A stretch of 42,056 nt of DNA, taken from assembly GCA_964612095.1 (NCBI GenBank), contig CAZTEK010000001.1:1-42056 (forward strand), read 5' to 3'. The stretch's first letter is position 1. Every line of letters begins with the position of its first letter. The notes under the pieces were generated by a model. It was not told the DNA's origin, ran no database searches, and was given only the letters and a program-made list of their open reading frames with translations. Positions 36,457-42,056 of the stretch are shown piece after piece. This stretch comes from an uncultured Verrucomicrobiota bacterium (GTDB taxonomy: Bacteria > Verrucomicrobiota > Kiritimatiellia > Kiritimatiellales > Tichowtungiaceae). Position numbers and translations under genes: made by a program.

Positions 36457-37995
36457 ATGAAGAAAAGAACCGTTTTGAGTCGCGGAGTGCGAAGAGTGTC
36501 TGCAGCGGTCCTGTTTTCGGCGGCATGCTGCACGGCTGTTTTTGCGGCGAAACCGAATTCAACTTCAGATCAATTTGCCGCGGATGATTTGTTGGAAATT
36601 GCCAATGTGCGGACCTATACGACAAAACTGGAAGGGAAGATGGTTACAGAAGGGAATCGCTCGCAGCATCCGGAGGCACAGTGGTTTCCCCATGCTGGAT
36701 TCGGGCTGTTCATTTCCTGGGGACCGGAGGCGGCACAGGGCTCCGGCGAGCCTTGGCTGTGCATGGTGAATCCCGATAAAAAACTCGGCTCGGTTGCCAA
36801 ACACGGCTACACCCCGCCTTCCGATTGGTTCGAGCTTTTCAAGACCTGGAATCCCGACCGGTATGATCCCGACAAATGGATGAAGGCGGCCAAAGAAGCC
36901 GGTTTCACGTATGTGGTTTTTATCACAAAACACCATCTCGGCTATGCGCTCTGGCCCAGCGATGCCGGGGAAATGGGGGTAAAACAATATCTTGGCGGAC
37001 GTGATCTGCTGCAGCCTTTTATCGATGCCTGCCGCAAATACGGATTAAAGGTGGGAATCTATTATTCAGGCATGGATTGGTATTTTGACCGCGAATACCG
37101 CAATTTTTATCTCGGCAAAGATAAGAAGCTGAACTGGAAGCATGAAGAGGTGGAATCTCTGCCTGCAAAACCGGCCGACCTTTGGTCTAAATTTGTCGAG
37201 TTCGATGAGGCCCAGGGCCGCGAGCTACTGACCCGCTACGGAAAGATCGACCTCTGGTGGCCGGACGGCGGAACGCCCTTCACAGTCGAACAGATCCGTG
37301 CGATGCAGCCGGGGATTGTCATCAATAATCGAACCAAGGGCCGGCTCGGTGACTATGCCACGCCGGAGGGCAGTTTTTTTGCCTACATTGAGAAAGCCGC
37401 TCCGATTATGAATGAATTTGTGCGGCGCGGCTACTGGTGGGAAAACTGCAATATTTACACCAAGGGTTCCTGGCATTACGGGGATAAAGATTCAGAAACG
37501 GTCCTTGAGGCGGGGCGTTTTCTCTGGGATCTGGCCTGGTCCCGGTCGTTCGGCGGCAATCTGCTGTGTGATATCGGTCCGCGTCCGAACGGGGAGATGC
37601 CCGATCAATACTATGAACGCTGTGCCCAGCTGGCGGCATGGATGAAACACAGCCGCGAGGCGCTCTTCGGGATCAACGGCGGCGCTCTTTACCCCGAAAA
37701 AAGCAACTGCCCGGTGACCATCAAGGATGACATCTGGTACCTGTTCTCACCGCCGAAGCACTGGAAGCCCGGCTGGGGATACAGCATTGAGATCAAATCG
37801 CTGGAGCTGAAAGGTGTACCTGCCCCGAAGAAGGTCCGGTTGCTCCGCACCGGCGCGGCGATTCCCTATCAATACAACGAAGGCAGGCTGAGCATCACGC
37901 TGCCGCCTGAACTGCGCACCGAAACGCCGGATGTCGTCGCGGTGGAGTTCGATCCGGAAACCGGCAAACCGCACCGCTTCACTCATTGGGAGTAA
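36457..37995 (+). CDS. GH29 family glycosidase (alpha-L-fucosidase fold; possibly alpha-L-galactosidase)
   Basis: WF..AGFGLFISWG, YDPDKW.KAAK.AG, TKHH.GY.LWPS, ELLTRYGKIDLWWPDG, GGNLL.DIGP. Alternative start 36451. Confidence 0.88.
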   Translation: MKKRTVLSRGVRRVSAAVLFSAACCTAVFAAKPNSTSDQFAADDLLEIANVRTYTTKLEGKMVTEGNRSQHPEAQWFPHAGFGLFISWGPEAAQGSGEPWLCMVNPDKKLGSVAKHGYTPPSDWFELFKTWNPDRYDPDKWMKAAKEAGFTYVVFITKHHLGYALWPSDAGEMGVKQYLGGRDLLQPFIDACRKYGLKVGIYYSGMDWYFDREYRNFYLGKDKKLNWKHEEVESLPAKPADLWSKFVEFDEAQGRELLTRYGKIDLWWPDGGTPFTVEQIRAMQPGIVINNRTKGRLGDYATPEGSFFAYIEKAAPIMNEFVRRGYWWENCNIYTKGSWHYGDKDSETVLEAGRFLWDLAWSRSFGGNLLCDIGPRPNGEMPDQYYERCAQLAAWMKHSREALFGINGGALYPEKSNCPVTIKDDIWYLFSPPKHWKPGWGYSIEIKSLELKGVPAPKKVRLLRTGAAIPYQYNEGRLSITLPPELRTETPDVVAVEFDPETGKPHRFTHWE

Positions 37996-38005
37996 ACGAA
38001 GGCAG

Positions 38006-39649
38006 ATGATGATAAAAAAAAGAACATGGACTGCGGCAGTCCTTGCGCCGCTGGCTGCGCTTCATGCGGCCGGCGCAACGAAGCAGCAACCCAACATCAT
38101 TTTCATCCTCGCGGATGATCAACGGTATGACGAACTCGGCTGTATGGGTCATCCCCTGATGAAGACGCCGAACATTGACCGCCTGGCGGGCGAGGGCGTG
38201 CTTTTCGAGAACTCGTTCTGCTCGTCCGCTTCGTGTCAGCCGAACCGCACCAGCCTGCTGACCGGACAATGGGAACGCCGGCATACGATCGGGTGGAATA
38301 ACGCGGCCGCGCTCTCACGCGAGCAGTGGGACAAGACCTTTCCGATGGTGCTTAAGCAGAACGGTTATGTGACCGCGTATGTCGGAAAGAACCATACGCC
38401 CGGCCTGCGCAGCTGGGATTTCGATTACTACTACGCGACCTATGAATCACACACCGGCTTTTACCCGAAGGACGACTATCCGATCTTCCGCAACGCCACC
38501 CTCGACACGCAGCCGGAAATCCTCGGAGAGGGCGCGGCGAATTTTCTGGAAACCGAGCCGCGGTTCGTCGAACGCGCCGGGGAGCCTGCCGGGGTGTTCC
38601 TGCGCGAGCGGGCGAAGGACAAACCGTTCTTCCTCTACGTCTGCTTCAATGTGCCACATAACTGGGGCACCGGTCACATGAAACAATTACCTGCAGATAA
38701 CGAGCTGTATCGCACAGCCTATCGCGATGTGACGTCCCAGATGCCGCTGCCGGAGAGCTATGTCGCTGCGGCGGATGTGAAAGAGCCCAAGCTGCCGATA
38801 AACGTTTACCTGGCGGAGAAACAGAGTACCGCCTATAAATACAATCGCACGCCGGAGGCAATGAATGAGCAAAGCGTGCGCATCTGCCAGACGGTGACCG
38901 GCATGGATCGCGTGGTGGGACAGATTCAGGAGCAGCTCCGGCGTATGGGTCAGGCCGATAACACGATCATCATTTACAGCTCCGATAACGGCATCATGCA
39001 AGGCGATTATGGCTATGGGGGCAAAAACTGGCTTTACGATGCCTCCATCCGTGTGCCGCTCATCCTGTACGATCCGCGCCTTCCCGCGAAACAGCGAGGA
39101 CGCCGCATCCCGGAACTGGTCGTGTCGCAGGATGTCGCGCCCACCATCCTCGACCTCTGCGGCATTGCGGCACCGGATTCCATGCAGGGCCGCAGCCTCC
39201 GTCCGCTCCTGCGCGGCGAGCCGGTCGAGTGGCGGAGCGACTTCTTCTGCGAGAATCTGATGCTGCTTCATGGGTATCCGCTCATTCAGGGAGTCCGCAG
39301 TACGGAGTGGAAATACATCAGCTACTGGCCCAACCCGACCCCGTCAGGAGTCGGCTATTATATCCCGCCCGACTATCGCGAAGTGCTGAATCTTGGATTG
39401 AACGGCCAAGTGCCTGTCTATGAGGAACTCTTTCACCTCCCCACCGACCCGCTGGAACAGAAAAACCTCGCCCATGACCCGGAGCATGCGGCGCAACTCG
39501 CCTCGATGCGGGCCCGCTCCATTGAACTGTTGCGCGAAACCCGCGGCGATCCGCAGCTGTTGCCGACCGTTCGCAGGTCCGATTGGAAAAAAGAAACGCC
39601 CCCCGATGGCTGGAAAGAAGTCATGCCGCTGCTGGACAAAGCAAAATGA
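38006..39649 (+). CDS. Secreted S1 sulfatase
   Basis: QPNIIFILADD, CQPNRTSLLTG, SSDNG, SIRVP. Start moved to ATG 38006, which gives a signal peptide and no overlap with GH29. Confidence 0.92.
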   Translation: MMIKKRTWTAAVLAPLAALHAAGATKQQPNIIFILADDQRYDELGCMGHPLMKTPNIDRLAGEGVLFENSFCSSASCQPNRTSLLTGQWERRHTIGWNNAAALSREQWDKTFPMVLKQNGYVTAYVGKNHTPGLRSWDFDYYYATYESHTGFYPKDDYPIFRNATLDTQPEILGEGAANFLETEPRFVERAGEPAGVFLRERAKDKPFFLYVCFNVPHNWGTGHMKQLPADNELYRTAYRDVTSQMPLPESYVAAADVKEPKLPINVYLAEKQSTAYKYNRTPEAMNEQSVRICQTVTGMDRVVGQIQEQLRRMGQADNTIIIYSSDNGIMQGDYGYGGKNWLYDASIRVPLILYDPRLPAKQRGRRIPELVVSQDVAPTILDLCGIAAPDSMQGRSLRPLLRGEPVEWRSDFFCENLMLLHGYPLIQGVRSTEWKYISYWPNPTPSGVGYYIPPDYREVLNLGLNGQVPVYEELFHLPTDPLEQKNLAHDPEHAAQLASMRARSIELLRETRGDPQLLPTVRRSDWKKETPPDGWKEVMPLLDKAK

Positions 39650-40476
39650 AAAAACAGGCGTTCAGACAACTGTTCCTGACGGTGCTGGCAACGGCGTTGA
39701 TTGCAGGAGCGCAAAACAAAACCGGTGATCAGGTGGGCAGCGGCGGCTCCTGGAGCGGCTTTAAGAAGACAGTCTTCGAGGTGAACGGAGACAAGTGCTT
39801 TGTCATTGCTCCGGCGGAAGCGGCCGCCGGGAAGCCGTGGATCTGGCGCACATCGTTCCCCGGGTATCACGATGCGGTCGATCTGGAGCTGGTTCGCAAG
39901 GGGTTTCATCTGGCCTACATCGATGTGGTCAAAAGGCTCGGATCGGACGCGGCACTGGAGCAGATGGATGCGTTTTATGCGCGGGTGCGGAGCGACTGGG
40001 GGTTGGCCGGAAGACCTGTGCTCGAAGCGGTCAGTCGGGGCGGTCTGCATGCTTACCGTTATGCAGCCAGGCATCCGGAGCGCATTGCCTGCATCTATGC
40101 CGACGTGCCGGTGATGGATCTCAAAAGCTGGCCGCTGAAAGCCAACGCCGCTCAGCAGGTGCAGGATGCTATTCTGTATTACGGATTCAGCGGCGAGGAG
40201 GAGTTGAAAGCCTACCGGGGCAACCCGGTCGATCTATTGGAGCCGATCGCCAAAGCGAAAATCCCGCTCCGGCATGTCATCACGCTGGAGGATCAGATCG
40301 TGCCGCCGGAAGAAAATACGCTGGAGGCGAAACGCAGACTCAACCGGCTGGGCTGGGATATCGAGGTGATCATTGCAACGGATGGCCTGAAAAGCAAAGG
40401 GCATCATTTTGATCCCGTGCCGGAGGTGGAGGAATCCGTCCGGTTCATTGTAAACCACGCCGCAGGCGGACTGTAA
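39646..40476 (+). CDS. Secreted alpha/beta-hydrolase (putative carbohydrate esterase)
   Basis: Signal peptide; KPWIWR, AVSRGG nucleophile elbow, D.IVP, GHH; ATGA overlap with the upstream gene. Confidence 0.82.
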   Translation: MKKQAFRQLFLTVLATALIAGAQNKTGDQVGSGGSWSGFKKTVFEVNGDKCFVIAPAEAAAGKPWIWRTSFPGYHDAVDLELVRKGFHLAYIDVVKRLGSDAALEQMDAFYARVRSDWGLAGRPVLEAVSRGGLHAYRYAARHPERIACIYADVPVMDLKSWPLKANAAQQVQDAILYYGFSGEEELKAYRGNPVDLLEPIAKAKIPLRHVITLEDQIVPPEENTLEAKRRLNRLGWDIEVIIATDGLKSKGHHFDPVPEVEESVRFIVNHAAGGL

Positions 40477-40492
40477 AGGAGAGACACTTCGT

Positions 40493-40603
40493 ATGCTGAA
40501 CCGTTTGGATTTCGGAATTTTCATCGGGTATGTGCTGCTGGTGATTTCAGTCGGTTGCGGCTCTGCCCTGGTTTCAGAGAAGAACAGTAGTTTTTTAAAC
40601 TAA
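40493..40603 (+). pseudogene. Truncated, frameshifted N-terminal copy of the SSS gene starting at 41927
   Basis: AAGGAG RBS followed by MLNRLDFGIFIGYVLLVISVGCGSA, versus MLNSLDFGILIGYVLLVITVGCGAA at 41927. An extra C near 40568 shifts the frame to a stop at 40601-40603. Confidence 0.8.
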
Positions 40604-40615
40604 AAGGAATCGGCT

Positions 40616-41911
40616 ATGTTACATGATCCAAGTCACCACGAACCCAAGGTTGTTGCCGAAGAAATTCAGGTTTCTACTCAGGATAAAGACATTCTGCGCG
40701 GGCTCGCCGAGCAGAAAGTCGAAATCGGCGCGTTGTCCGTTCAGCAGGAAAAAGCCCGTTTGTGGACGGCGCTCAACGATTTGAAGTCCGAACGCCCGAT
40801 GGTGTGGATCAATGAAATCTGCTGGAACGAGATGAATGTCGACGACGAGCTGACCCTGCGATGCGAAGGAAGCTGGGCGCGCGAGCAGGAACAGAACCTG
40901 CGACGCGAGCTGTACCAGTGGAACCATCTGCCCGGCGACATGGTTGTCAATCCGTGGATTGAGTGTCCCAAGGCGATTCACAGCACCGATTTCGGAATCA
41001 TGGAAAACACGGATGTTGTGAAAACGGATGACGAAAACGACATCGTCTCCCGCCATTTCAATGTGCAAATCGAAGAACTCGCCGATTTGGAACAAATTAA
41101 GATGCCGGTCGTAACCCACAATGAAATGGCGACCGCCTTACGTCAGCAGGCCTTCAACGAGGTGTTCGCCGACATCCTGCCGGTCAAAACCGTCGGGCAG
41201 TCGCACATCTGGTTTACCCCCTGGGATTTTCTGATTCGATGGACCGGCATTGAAAACGCGATGATCGGACTCTACGACGATCCCAACCTGTTCCACGCCG
41301 CCGTCGACCGGATGGTTGATGCCTGGATGGTTGAGCTCGATCAGTTCGAAGAGCAGAATTTGCTGGAGCTCGACAACCGCAATACGCGCGTCGGCTCCGG
41401 CGGCTACGGCTATATTTCAGAACTTCCGGGCGACAACTTCGACCTTGCGCACGTCAGGCCATCCAACATGTGGGGCTGCTCCAATGCGCAGATTTTTTCC
41501 GAGGTATCACCTGACATGCACTGGGATTTTGCCATCGCGCATGACCTGCGCTGGATGGAACGCTGGGGCGTCAATTATTACGGTTGCTGCGAACCGCTGC
41601 ACAATAAAACCGACATTCTGAAAAAGATTCCCCGACTGCGCAAGGTCTCCACCAGCGGCTGGTGTAATGCTGAAAAAATCATGGAAGGCCTGGGGTCAAA
41701 GATGGTTTACAGCATCAAGCCGAGTCCGGCCATTCTGGCGGAAGACAACTGGCACCCCGAACGCGCCCGCGCGGAAATCCGCCGCGTGCTCGACATCGGC
41801 GGCGGGCAGGCCCATATGGAATTTATTATGAAAGACATTTCGACGGTTCGCCGCCAGCCGCAACGGCTTTGGGAATGGGCGCAGATTGCGATGGAAGAAG
41901 TCGAACGATAG
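40616..41911 (+). CDS. Cytoplasmic conserved protein, URO-D/cobalamin-dependent methyltransferase (MtaA/CmuA) fold-like
   Basis: G.ENAM..LYDDP...H, VSP.MH.DF, YYGCCEPLH and KPSPA motifs resemble the C-terminal half of URO-D/CIMS-like TIM barrels; acidic; no signal peptide. Confidence 0.6.
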   Translation: MLHDPSHHEPKVVAEEIQVSTQDKDILRGLAEQKVEIGALSVQQEKARLWTALNDLKSERPMVWINEICWNEMNVDDELTLRCEGSWAREQEQNLRRELYQWNHLPGDMVVNPWIECPKAIHSTDFGIMENTDVVKTDDENDIVSRHFNVQIEELADLEQIKMPVVTHNEMATALRQQAFNEVFADILPVKTVGQSHIWFTPWDFLIRWTGIENAMIGLYDDPNLFHAAVDRMVDAWMVELDQFEEQNLLELDNRNTRVGSGGYGYISELPGDNFDLAHVRPSNMWGCSNAQIFSEVSPDMHWDFAIAHDLRWMERWGVNYYGCCEPLHNKTDILKKIPRLRKVSTSGWCNAEKIMEGLGSKMVYSIKPSPAILAEDNWHPERARAEIRRVLDIGGGQAHMEFIMKDISTVRRQPQRLWEWAQIAMEEVER

Positions 41912-41926
41912 ACCGGGGGAAAAGAT

Positions 41927-42056
41927 ATGCTGAACAGCTTGGATTTTGGAATTCTCATCGGGTACGTGCTGCTGGTGATTACGGTCGGCTGTGGTGCGGC
42001 CTGGTTGCAGAAACGCAAGGCGGCCCGCCTGGGGCAGGCGGAGGGATCCTATTTTC
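41927..42056 (+). CDS. N-terminus of a probable sodium:solute symporter (runs off the window)
   Basis: MLNSLDFGILIGYVLLVITVGCGAAWLQKRKAARLGQAEGSYF matches the SSS TM1 pattern LD..I...Y......G followed by YF. Confidence 0.75.
   Translation, partial: MLNSLDFGILIGYVLLVITVGCGAAWLQKRKAARLGQAEGSYF

Noticed and set aside
1-42056. tRNA/rRNA genes, integrases, transposases, defence systems
   Set aside because: None recognisable; almost all sequence is accounted for by carbohydrate-related CDSs.

Overview
This window is a single, almost fully coding polysaccharide-utilisation locus with no SusC/SusD genes. It is most likely from a PVC-group bacterium (Kiritimatiellota/Verrucomicrobiota-like; inferred from sulfatase richness and C-terminal domains) and most likely targets sulfated red-algal galactans (porphyran/agar type). 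The left, minus-strand arm encodes a cytoplasmic GH2 beta-galactosidase, a five-bladed-propeller glycosidase and a Na+/solute symporter. The right, plus-strand arm encodes a close paralogue of that glycosidase, a LacI regulator, two GH86-like beta-porphyranase/agarase enzymes, nine Cys-type sulfatases, four SGNH-domain proteins, a 1100-aa BNR/VPS10-repeat protein, an atypical GH29, an alpha/beta hydrolase, a URO-D/methyltransferase-fold-like protein and the start of a second symporter. Signals not in the ORF track: a recurring LacI-type operator palindrome (TGTTAACGTTAACA-like) at 5-6 intergenic sites, four orphan 'RBS + N-terminus' gene scars, an AraC C-terminal remnant at the left edge, a cluster of REP-like hairpins, and two kinds of candidate C-terminal sorting signal. 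All family calls come from motif recognition by eye; no database search was run.
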